This document shows, one piece after another, positions 1 through 8,030 of a stretch of DNA of 31,524 nt. How positions within the stretch are numbered: the stretch's first letter is position 1; each line of letters begins with the position of its first letter. The position numbers were made by a program, and so were the translations under genes. The notes under the pieces are model-generated. The model searched no databases and had not been told where the DNA came from. It saw nothing but the letters and a program-made list of their open reading frames with translations. Source of the stretch: a virus (lineage: Duplodnaviria; Caudoviricetes); IMG/VR virus record IMGVR_UViG_3300037863_000030, positions 1-31,524 of that record; one strand, given 5' to 3'.

Positions 1-68
1 ACGTGGTCTACGCTTGTGTATTGTCTATCGACAAACATTCTCCCGCTGCATTTTTTACATTTAATCAT
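1..68 (-). CDS. Small zinc-ribbon protein, 5' part only (runs off the left edge; absent from the ORF track)
   Basis: ATG at 68, just after the TAATAA stop of the 147-aa gene, reads MIKCKKCSGRMFVDRQYTSVDH... with a CxxC knuckle and no stop before the edge. Confidence 0.7.
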   Translation of the reverse strand, partial: MIKCKKCSGRMFVDRQYTSVDH

Positions 69-72
69 CTTA

Positions 73-516
73 TTAGTTTGGGATTCCAATAATAATTAAA
101 TTAACAATAACAGAGACATCTCCCGATGCATTAAAACGAACAAGTCCATTAACGCTAGACCTTGTAATGTCTGTTAGTACAACTGATACGTTTTCACCTG
201 CAGATGTTTTTCCAGTATTAATTGGGGAAGCCGTAACAATTGGAGTATATTTGTAATCGCTTGGAAATGTATAACTAAATGATTTAGTTGTAGATGCTGT
301 AACTGTTGAGTTACTCGCAACAGTAATAGATCCACCAATCATTCTAGCCTCTGATGTTTTAATATTTTGCTTACCTGCAGAAACAGTATCAATAGTTGTA
401 TAGTTATATGTTGCAGTAGAAACTTGATCAGATAACTGATTCAAAGCATTTGTAAGTTGATAAATATAACTTACATCTAGAGGTTGCCCTCTTTCTGGTA
501 GTGGTACTTTAGCCAT
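73..516 (-). CDS. Minor tail / fibre-associated protein with a C-terminal beta-sandwich (gp53-like or H-type-lectin-like pattern)
   Basis: 147 aa with AGGAGG RBS at 521-526. The C-terminal pattern YTFPSDYKYTPIVTAS...VNLIIIG resembles tail-fibre C-terminal domains. It ends the tail module. Confidence 0.55.
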   Translation of the reverse strand: MAKVPLPERGQPLDVSYIYQLTNALNQLSDQVSTATYNYTTIDTVSAGKQNIKTSEARMIGGSITVASNSTVTASTTKSFSYTFPSDYKYTPIVTASPINTGKTSAGENVSVVLTDITRSSVNGLVRFNASGDVSVIVNLIIIGIPN

Positions 517-531
517 TTTTCCTCCTAATTA

Positions 532-540
532 ATTATACCA
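532..540 (-). promoter_or_regulatory. Extended -10 promoter TGGTATAAT
   Basis: Perfect TGnTATAAT in the intergenic gap, directly upstream of AGGAGG and the ATG at 516. Confidence 0.75.
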
Positions 541-552
541 AAGATAGACTCT

Positions 553-981
553 TTATGAGCCAATACTTATATCTCCAGAGTCATAGATAACTAAAGACTC
601 TTTGTATACCTTTCTAGATGATTCTACCTGAACAATTACTCGAATAGATACATTACCTAAATTTAATAAACTATAACTATGCACAGTTGGTGTACCGTGA
701 TAAATTATTGCATTTTCATCAAAAGAAACAAACACATCATACTTAGGTCTATTGACCTCATCTCCCCAAACAGCAGTTACTGTATTTGAGTTTATGCTTA
801 CATCTCCATCAACCAAATCAAATGGAAATGTCTCAACTACATATATTTGTGACCAATGAGATGTTCTATTTTTATCGTCAGATACTACGCGGTATCTAAT
901 ATTATAAGAACTTGTGTCACTAGATAAAGGTGGGAGTTCAGAACTTAAGATTATAACTTTTTTAATATTAGTATCAGCCAC
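553..981 (-). CDS. Minor tail protein, fibronectin/Ig-like beta protein (putative)
   Basis: 142 aa. GTG start overlaps the upstream TAG (TAGTG). The YNIRYRVVSDDKNRTSHWS segment resembles an FN3-type strand pattern. Tail-module position. Confidence 0.5.
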   Translation of the reverse strand: MADTNIKKVIILSSELPPLSSDTSSYNIRYRVVSDDKNRTSHWSQIYVVETFPFDLVDGDVSINSNTVTAVWGDEVNRPKYDVFVSFDENAIIYHGTPTVHSYSLLNLGNVSIRVIVQVESSRKVYKESLVIYDSGDISIGS

Positions 982-2504
982 TATGTGACATCCAAAATAA
1001 ATCTAAACTCAATATAATTGTTTGTGTTAGGTGGCTTAATAATTGTTTCAGCAGTTGTGTTTTGAATAATTGAGTATCCTGTTAATCCATATAAAGGGTT
1101 GACTGTTCCAACATTGTCAATTCTCATAGCATCAAGAGCAACAAAGTATCCAGGTCTAGAAACCTCAAGTACTCCTGTAGGAGATACTGCTGCAGACGCA
1201 ACCGTTCCATCATATGTTTTGCTATAACTAAAGGTATCAGTAGTTACTGCAGTTACTGTAAAGGTACCATTAAAATCTGTTTCAACTCCTGAAACTGTTA
1301 TTCTATTACCAATTGACATTCCATGTGCTGCACTTGTTGTCAAGGTAGCAACATTAGATGATAATGCTTTATTGTTAATTATAAAAGTGTTTAGTGTACT
1401 GACATATATCTTAATAATACTAACAGTATTCCAAGAAAATGTTGGAGTATAGACTAACTCATCTAGTCTTTTTTCTATAACTACATATCTATTTGAAGAT
1501 AACTGATAAACCTGGTTTGTTGCTTCTGCTTCCATCTTTGCAGACTGTGTTCCATCACTGTTAACAAATTCAACTAAAACTCTAACAGTGTCTGGAATTG
1601 TTGCAGCATTGCCATCGACTGCAACTAGTGAGAATGCAATCTTTAATAAATCAGATGTTGAGTTTCTTGTAAGGTCAACTGTTTGTCCAGATAACTGCAG
1701 GATCTTTGGGCTAGAAGCAACAACAAAGTTTGTTCCATTTGAAGTTATGTGTGATGTGTTTCCACGCAACATAAGCACATTGTTCAGATACCTGCAACGC
1801 TCATAACGATTTGCTCTAATAGTATTTAAAAACCCAGCGTTGTTTGAGTTTGTCTGAATAGCATCTTCTGTTGATGTAATAATATTAGATCCATCAATAA
1901 TAGAACTTGTAATTGAAATTGGAGTAGATAGAGAAGATCCATCATTATATTTCCAGTTTTCTGTATCAGCAAAGGCAGAGATAGTTTTGCTATCATAAGA
2001 CCCAGCATTAGAGTTTGATCCAGCAGAGAATACTCCTACTTCAGAAATTTCATATCTTTCTTCTGTTGGTAGTTCTGCAGTTAAAATAATTTTATTCAAA
2101 CCATCTTCTTTAATATATCCTCTTGAAGAGATTGGAACTCTAAACATTTCAAAGTCTAAAACATTGGTTGTTGGATCTGTCTGAATTCCTACTGTTGCTC
2201 CTGAGAATGCTGTTGCTGGAGCATAGTTAACACTAAAGGTAGAACTTGTAAGTATTGCAGTAACTATAGTATCTCCTATAGTTGATAGTACTCCAGTTCC
2301 TGATACTTTTGTTATTTTTGCCCCAACCCAAATGCCGTTTGTGCTTGATACAGTAAAGATGGTGCTTGATGATGAGGCTGTTCCCACGCTTGTAATATTC
2401 GGTCTTGGCTTTGCTCCGCACCCTAAAGCAATGTACGACGCATACGCTGGGGAAGTTCCCATTAAATATTTAGCAATAATTTCTTTACCAGTATTAGTTA
2501 TCAT
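981..2504 (-). CDS. Minor tail / fibre-anchoring protein with two apparently inserted S/T-rich beta modules
   Basis: 507 aa. The N-terminus MITNTGKEIIAKYL...YIALGCG...LDFEMFRVPI resembles tail-collar fibre (DUF3751-type) N-termini. Contains the module VATLTTSAAHGMSIGNRITVSGV...FNGTFTVTAV...TFSY. TAATG coupling. Confidence 0.55.
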   Translation of the reverse strand: MITNTGKEIIAKYLMGTSPAYASYIALGCGAKPRPNITSVGTASSSSTIFTVSSTNGIWVGAKITKVSGTGVLSTIGDTIVTAILTSSTFSVNYAPATAFSGATVGIQTDPTTNVLDFEMFRVPISSRGYIKEDGLNKIILTAELPTEERYEISEVGVFSAGSNSNAGSYDSKTISAFADTENWKYNDGSSLSTPISITSSIIDGSNIITSTEDAIQTNSNNAGFLNTIRANRYERCRYLNNVLMLRGNTSHITSNGTNFVVASSPKILQLSGQTVDLTRNSTSDLLKIAFSLVAVDGNAATIPDTVRVLVEFVNSDGTQSAKMEAEATNQVYQLSSNRYVVIEKRLDELVYTPTFSWNTVSIIKIYVSTLNTFIINNKALSSNVATLTTSAAHGMSIGNRITVSGVETDFNGTFTVTAVTTDTFSYSKTYDGTVASAAVSPTGVLEVSRPGYFVALDAMRIDNVGTVNPLYGLTGYSIIQNTTAETIIKPPNTNNYIEFRFILDVT

Positions 2505-2989
2505 TATTTACCTACCTCATATATTGTACCATTAATGGTAATCTGAACATCTACTTGCTCATCACTTTCAAGATTAATAAATTCAAGAATGATATTGTCA
2601 TCTTCAGTTAAATAGACATTTGAGCCTTGTGGTCCATTCCCTTGATTTGGTATTTTATCATTAAGTTTGATTGGAAAGTTGGCAAAATACTTGTCTGATG
2701 TTTGCTGAACCTTAATAAGATTATTTGGGTTATATTCTTCCTGAAGAATCTTTAAGTTTTTAATTGGTTGATACTTAACATCCTGCCCATTGACAGTATC
2801 ATATCTTGCAATTGTGAGTAACTCTTGTCCCCCAATATTTTCAAAAAGAAGATCAACTATAACTTCTGCATTGTCAATAATTGTTTCATCATCAAACTGA
2901 ATGATATCAGTAGTTGCTGTTTTAACACTGCTTTTTGTTGCAGTTGTTGTTGTATTTAAAACACTGGTTGTTGGCGTTGCTTCTACCAT
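2504..2989 (-). CDS. Minor tail protein (hypothetical)
   Basis: 161 aa, GAGGTG RBS, lies between tail-tip genes. Confidence 0.55.
   Translation of the reverse strand: MVEATPTTSVLNTTTTATKSSVKTATTDIIQFDDETIIDNAEVIVDLLFENIGGQELLTIARYDTVNGQDVKYQPIKNLKILQEEYNPNNLIKVQQTSDKYFANFPIKLNDKIPNQGNGPQGSNVYLTEDDNIILEFINLESDEQVDVQITINGTIYEVGK
2523..2531 (-). promoter_or_regulatory. Extended -10 promoter TGGTACAAT embedded in the end of the 161-aa gene
   Basis: Matches the motif found before other genes, lies 18 nt upstream of the ATG at 2504, and is followed by GAGGT. Confidence 0.5.
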
Positions 2990-2992
2990 ATA

Positions 2993-5900
2993 CTACACCT
3001 CACTCAGATAGACTGTCATGGTTGGTCCTTCTGCAGCCTTTGCATACTCTATATTATATACTACAAACCTAGTCTCTGGTGATGAGATAACATCAATATT
3101 TTCATCATCTTTATAATTAATGTTTACCAAATCTCCAATTTGTAAAGTTGACATTGGAAAAATTTGAAGTCCAATAGCCTTTCTTGGTCTAAGGTTTTTT
3201 TGAATCACCCATCCAAGAATATTTTCTGCAGTATCTTGATCCTGTATATATTCGCTATCCAGCGTAAACTCATTCTTACCATATAGGATCCTACTTGTTT
3301 TAATGCTATCGTATTCATTTGTAAACTTGTAAGGAGAAGATATTAATACATCCCCCTTGAGTTCTGGATCTGAAAAACTTCCACGCTTCTTGTAATAGTC
3401 ATCAACAGTAATTTTATTTGTTGTGTCTTGTGTAAAAGTTATACCAAAGATTCTTAAATAGTTTCCAGTAGTTTCATCTAAATTTAAAAGAGTATCTGTA
3501 TTATTAAATATTAAAAACTCTGCCCCATAGGAACTTGCAGAAAATCCAGATACGGTATAGCCACGCAATCTATTAAATGTCGGGGCTATCTGTGCATATA
3601 GGGCAGGATATGCACGATCATATTTAATATTAAAATAAGCACACTCACGCATAATTGTTCCAAATTCTTCAAAGTATATATTATATGCCTTTGTGGATGT
3701 TGGACTAATACCAGATAGATATGTTTTTTGAATAATGCCAGACATGGCGTATTTATTTAATGCTTCGCTAGCATTAACTTGCAAGTTGTCATCTACAAAC
3801 ACAGATGCCACTGGGGTATTTAGATCAAAGACGCCATTGTCAGCATAGTTTTTACTTAATGCGTATACATTTTCAAACATAAGTTTTGATGTTCCACGAA
3901 CAAACAACCCAATAGAAGGATCAACTAAGGATATAGGATCTTGATCTGTTATAACCTTAATAAGTTTTTGATTTAAATAAAGATAAAATACTCTTGTTGT
4001 TGGATTAATATCTACATACTCCATAGATAAATCATAAACTGTTGGGTTTTCTTCACCAACAAATCTATATTGACCTGTAAAGTTTCCATCATCTACAAGG
4101 ATATTTGCGCTGCCACCCCAAAGTTTTGTTGGCAAAGCACTTGAAGATCCAACAGCCTTTTGAACTTTATAAAATAAAACATTGTCTACTGATATTTGAG
4201 AAGAGCCACTTTCAGTATCGATAGTTAAAGATCTTTCAATAGTACTTGATGTAAGAGCATTTAGTTCAAAGTAGTATCCATTGTTTGTTATTGGATTTAT
4301 TAAACATATTCCTCCAGATCCTCCTCCAATTGATACTGTCTGTGTTGGATCAGTTCCTGGAATGTTGTAGTATGTCATTCCTCCTACGGGACTTTGAGAT
4401 CTGTCCCCCGCTGATTCAATTTTTCCAACAATTCTTAGTCTAGTCCCAAAGTGTTTATATGCACCATCAAGTTTTTTCCAAACATATGAAACAAAGTTTC
4501 TTGGATTTTCTTGAATTGCAAACTCTGGTCCATTAAAAACAAGGGCAGAAGATTGAATAGTTCCTGCTTGAGCAGTTTGAATTGAAGAAATTCCAGTCTC
4601 TGTTTTATATGCTGTAGATAAAAAGTTTTTAATAATGCTATTTCTTTGTGATTTGTCAGCACGCTGCTTGTTAACTCCTGCTGCTCCTGCCTCAACCTCT
4701 ACCTCTGCCCCAGTAGATGTAGTATAGAGTAATTGAGAATCCATCTCACAACCCTGAACATAAAGATTATTTGTCCAGTACGAGTCTACTCCTGCTGAGT
4801 GAATGGTAACTGGAGTGTTAAATTGTCCCCTGCCATGTGATACTACAGCGCCATTTTTAATTTTTGTTATTCCGTCAATAACTTCGTAGTAGGGTTCAGA
4901 ATAAATTCTAACTAATCCAGTTGGATAAATTTTTCCATTAAAGGGAAGTTCTGAAAAATATTTTTGGTACTCTAAGTTTGTTGTAATCCAAATATTTCCT
5001 GTTCCAGTTATATTATACTCAACTGCATCATATTTTATGACCTCACCATTAGCATAGAAGTAACCCTGAAATCTTGTAATATAAAAGATGTTTTCACCAA
5101 AGTCAAGAATATTATTAATTAGTCTTCTATTTAAGACTGTAGGAATACTAGCAGAAAGATTTGAATTTAAAGGCATTGCCCCAAGTGTATACTTTTTTTG
5201 TTTTTCATTGTTTAAAGTTTTTGTTGCTTCAGTTCCAGAAATTTCCCAAAGAAGTACTGGCTTGTATATCCAAGTTTTTTCTTGATCGGTCATCTGAGAT
5301 TGCTTTAAACTTCCATAAGATCTTTGAATATATCTAGAGGTATAGTTGATTGTTCCAGCATTATATACCTTCTGATCTTGAGAAGAAATTTCAATAATGT
5401 TTGATAGTTTTACTGGATAAGTATTTTCATTTATCCCACTCATCAACTCATCCTGAGATCCATACAGCGTCATGTTTAATTCTCTAACATTTGTATCATC
5501 AAGTAAATAGTTTTTACTCATTACAACAAAATTATTATATTCATCAAAGAACATTGCTGTCTGTGTGGCAACTGCCAACTTATTTAAAACCTCTGCAACA
5601 CTTTGTTCTGGTGAGATAAAGAAAAATGGAATAACTGGATCAGACTCATCTGGTAGTCTTTTAAAGATGTAGTTAGAAAATCCAATAGAGTCAAGCAAGA
5701 TACTAACTGCTTGTCCTAAAGAAACCTCAGTTATAAAAATTTCTGGTGCCTTGATTGATTCAAGATAAAAATAAAAATCTCTAAGGTTAATTTCTATTGT
5801 TCCTGCTGTTTGATCTGTTTGTGGAATTCCTTCAGAGTACAGATTTTTAACTGGGACATAATAGTTTGTATTGTTTACATTTTTAATTACATCATAAAAT

Positions 5901-7339
5901 GAAAACTTTATATTTTTTTGAACATATTTGGCAATTATACTTCCTGAATCGCCATCCCAAATATTGTTTAGGTTAAAGGCTGAGTCATCATCAAATAAAG
6001 AAACGCTTCCAGTAGATACCGCAAGTTCTCCTACTGGTAATGCAGAAGTTGTCATGTTTGATAAAACCTTTGTTAATTTAAAATTTAACAATCTTTCTGT
6101 TAAGTCAACAACAAGTCTTGGAGAAATCTCAATTAACTCAAATGGAACATCTGGAATACTCATTGACTCAACAACAACTCTAATTCCTTTAATCCAAACA
6201 AACTCTCTATAAACTTTTGTTGATGTATTTACGTTAGTAAAATATAATGGGTTTGTTAAGTTTGTAACAAATTGAGTATTTTCATATACTCCATCGGTTC
6301 CAATTTTCCAAGAGTATTCAGGAGTATAAACCTGAAACTCATTTCCATCATAAATATAAAGAGTTCCTTGCTGTCCTCCTTCTGTTAAAACAATATAAGC
6401 ATTTCCAATATCAGCATCAAGATTTATAAGACCAAATTTTTCAATTGTGCCAATTAAAATAAAGTTATTTTTATATTGCTCTGGTATATTTAATCCATAC
6501 TCTAAACTTAAATATCCATCACTTCCAAAAACTGGAGTATTGTCAGACCTTGTTGTTGCATCTGAAAATGTATAGGCTGTAGCCCATTCATCTGTAGGAG
6601 TTAAATACTCAACTCTAAATCTTTTAGGAACTGTTTTGTTTGCTTCTCCGTATAAAGGATCTAGTTTTGTTCCAGAAGAACCTTTAAACGGTCCAAGGTT
6701 AATATCTCCAATATGGGTTTGAACCTTTACCACAAGTCTATTTGCTGGAACTTCTTCTTTATAAACAACAAATGGAACTGCATCATCTATAAAGTGAACA
6801 GCGTTACTGCTATTTTTAGAAATACCATATTCAACATTTGCTGTTGTAAGGGTAGTCCCTGTGCTTTCAGTTCTAAAAGATCTCCAATATTTAAATTCAT
6901 CATCTCTATGGGGCATATAGTACCTTGGTCTAAGATACATATCTTTATTTACATTAGATAAATACTTATTGGTAAAGAATGATGCTTTATTAATTCCAGA
7001 CCGTGGTCTAAATGGCTTTAAGCAATCTTCTAAAGAGTAATATAGTTTTTCTTTATCTTTTGTATATTTAAATAGTAGCGGAGTAGAGTCATCAACTTGA
7101 TACCCAGCCTCTACAGAAACCTCTGAATTCAAAGCATTGGTATAAAAGTTTCCTGAGTCTGATCTATCAAAAAAGTTTGGGATTGCGCTGTACTGTGCCC
7201 CTGCTTTGCGATATCTATAGTTTCCTAGTTTAAATATATTTCCTGGCACATTCATATTCCACTCTGTTATTAGTGCAGAAGCAGAACTTACTGTAAAGGA
7301 TGATTCGAGATGATCCTGTAACTCTTCATTCTCAAACAC
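2993..7339 (-). CDS. Large tail-tip / baseplate hub (central fibre-type) protein
   Basis: ~1448 aa. Start re-assigned to GTG at 7339 (VFENEEL), which follows GAGG and the upstream stop; the 7396 start overlaps the previous gene. Second gene after the tape measure, with a C-terminal LQIGDLVNINY...FVVYNIEY pattern typical of tail-tip hub proteins. Confidence 0.7.
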   Translation of the reverse strand: MFENEELQDHLESSFTVSSASALITEWNMNVPGNIFKLGNYRYRKAGAQYSAIPNFFDRSDSGNFYTNALNSEVSVEAGYQVDDSTPLLFKYTKDKEKLYYSLEDCLKPFRPRSGINKASFFTNKYLSNVNKDMYLRPRYYMPHRDDEFKYWRSFRTESTGTTLTTANVEYGISKNSSNAVHFIDDAVPFVVYKEEVPANRLVVKVQTHIGDINLGPFKGSSGTKLDPLYGEANKTVPKRFRVEYLTPTDEWATAYTFSDATTRSDNTPVFGSDGYLSLEYGLNIPEQYKNNFILIGTIEKFGLINLDADIGNAYIVLTEGGQQGTLYIYDGNEFQVYTPEYSWKIGTDGVYENTQFVTNLTNPLYFTNVNTSTKVYREFVWIKGIRVVVESMSIPDVPFELIEISPRLVVDLTERLLNFKLTKVLSNMTTSALPVGELAVSTGSVSLFDDDSAFNLNNIWDGDSGSIIAKYVQKNIKFSFYDVIKNVNNTNYYVPVKNLYSEGIPQTDQTAGTIEINLRDFYFYLESIKAPEIFITEVSLGQAVSILLDSIGFSNYIFKRLPDESDPVIPFFFISPEQSVAEVLNKLAVATQTAMFFDEYNNFVVMSKNYLLDDTNVRELNMTLYGSQDELMSGINENTYPVKLSNIIEISSQDQKVYNAGTINYTSRYIQRSYGSLKQSQMTDQEKTWIYKPVLLWEISGTEATKTLNNEKQKKYTLGAMPLNSNLSASIPTVLNRRLINNILDFGENIFYITRFQGYFYANGEVIKYDAVEYNITGTGNIWITTNLEYQKYFSELPFNGKIYPTGLVRIYSEPYYEVIDGITKIKNGAVVSHGRGQFNTPVTIHSAGVDSYWTNNLYVQGCEMDSQLLYTTSTGAEVEVEAGAAGVNKQRADKSQRNSIIKNFLSTAYKTETGISSIQTAQAGTIQSSALVFNGPEFAIQENPRNFVSYVWKKLDGAYKHFGTRLRIVGKIESAGDRSQSPVGGMTYYNIPGTDPTQTVSIGGGSGGICLINPITNNGYYFELNALTSSTIERSLTIDTESGSSQISVDNVLFYKVQKAVGSSSALPTKLWGGSANILVDDGNFTGQYRFVGEENPTVYDLSMEYVDINPTTRVFYLYLNQKLIKVITDQDPISLVDPSIGLFVRGTSKLMFENVYALSKNYADNGVFDLNTPVASVFVDDNLQVNASEALNKYAMSGIIQKTYLSGISPTSTKAYNIYFEEFGTIMRECAYFNIKYDRAYPALYAQIAPTFNRLRGYTVSGFSASSYGAEFLIFNNTDTLLNLDETTGNYLRIFGITFTQDTTNKITVDDYYKKRGSFSDPELKGDVLISSPYKFTNEYDSIKTSRILYGKNEFTLDSEYIQDQDTAENILGWVIQKNLRPRKAIGLQIFPMSTLQIGDLVNINYKDDENIDVISSPETRFVVYNIEYAKAAEGPTMTVYLSEV

Positions 7340-7340
7340 T

Positions 7341-8030
7341 TTAAACCTCTTCCAGCGATACCGTAATATTCCAAAGGTCGTGATTACTTCCACCACGTTT
7401 TACAACTGTATAATCAAAAGAAGATACATACATTTGAACAATCTGGTTATATTGATTTAATCTTAAAAGTCGGGTTGCATCATCTTCTGCAAAGTTAATG
7501 TATTTATCATAGGCTAAAAATACCCAGAAAGGACCTTTATGATTTTGATACCAATCCAACATTTCGCCTCCGCCTGCTCCACCATCTGCAGTGTATTCTG
7601 TATTTGTGTTGTAGGTCAAACCACTAGCATTACGTTGAGCGGCTTCTCTTGCTATAAACCCTGCATCAATATTTCCAGTGCTTTGTGAAAAGTTGGGTTT
7701 TATAGGATAAGATCTAGATGGAAGCATTTGCCATGAAGTGCTAAGATTAATTTTGTCAGCAATATGGTGAGATCTCATTGTCCCATTAATCATTCTTTGT
7801 CGTTTTTCAATTCTCTGTGGGCTGATAGAAAAATCAGACCTATTATGATCAGTCAATATTAAAAATGAATTAGCAGCATCTTGTGCAGAAATATTAGTAA
7901 GGTCAGATCCAACCTCATAGCCAGATGGGACGTACTTGCCTCCTGAGAGGATTCCTGGAGTGTCTGACCAAAGCATACCTTGGGGCCTTGCAAACCTTTG
8001 TCTGCCCTGCATATAGCCTGTGGATGCCAT
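7341..8030 (-). CDS. Distal tail (Dit-like) protein
   Basis: 229 aa, first gene after the tape measure (TAATG overlap), ending in WNITVSLEEV, a typical distal-tail C-terminus. Positional call. Confidence 0.6.
   Translation of the reverse strand: MASTGYMQGRQRFARPQGMLWSDTPGILSGGKYVPSGYEVGSDLTNISAQDAANSFLILTDHNRSDFSISPQRIEKRQRMINGTMRSHHIADKINLSTSWQMLPSRSYPIKPNFSQSTGNIDAGFIAREAAQRNASGLTYNTNTEYTADGGAGGGEMLDWYQNHKGPFWVFLAYDKYINFAEDDATRLLRLNQYNQIVQMYVSSFDYTVVKRGGSNHDLWNITVSLEEV

Noticed and set aside
7340-7396. Extended start of the 1467-aa ORF
   Set aside because: It overlaps the upstream gene by 56 nt, whereas GTG at 7339 has an RBS and follows the upstream stop.
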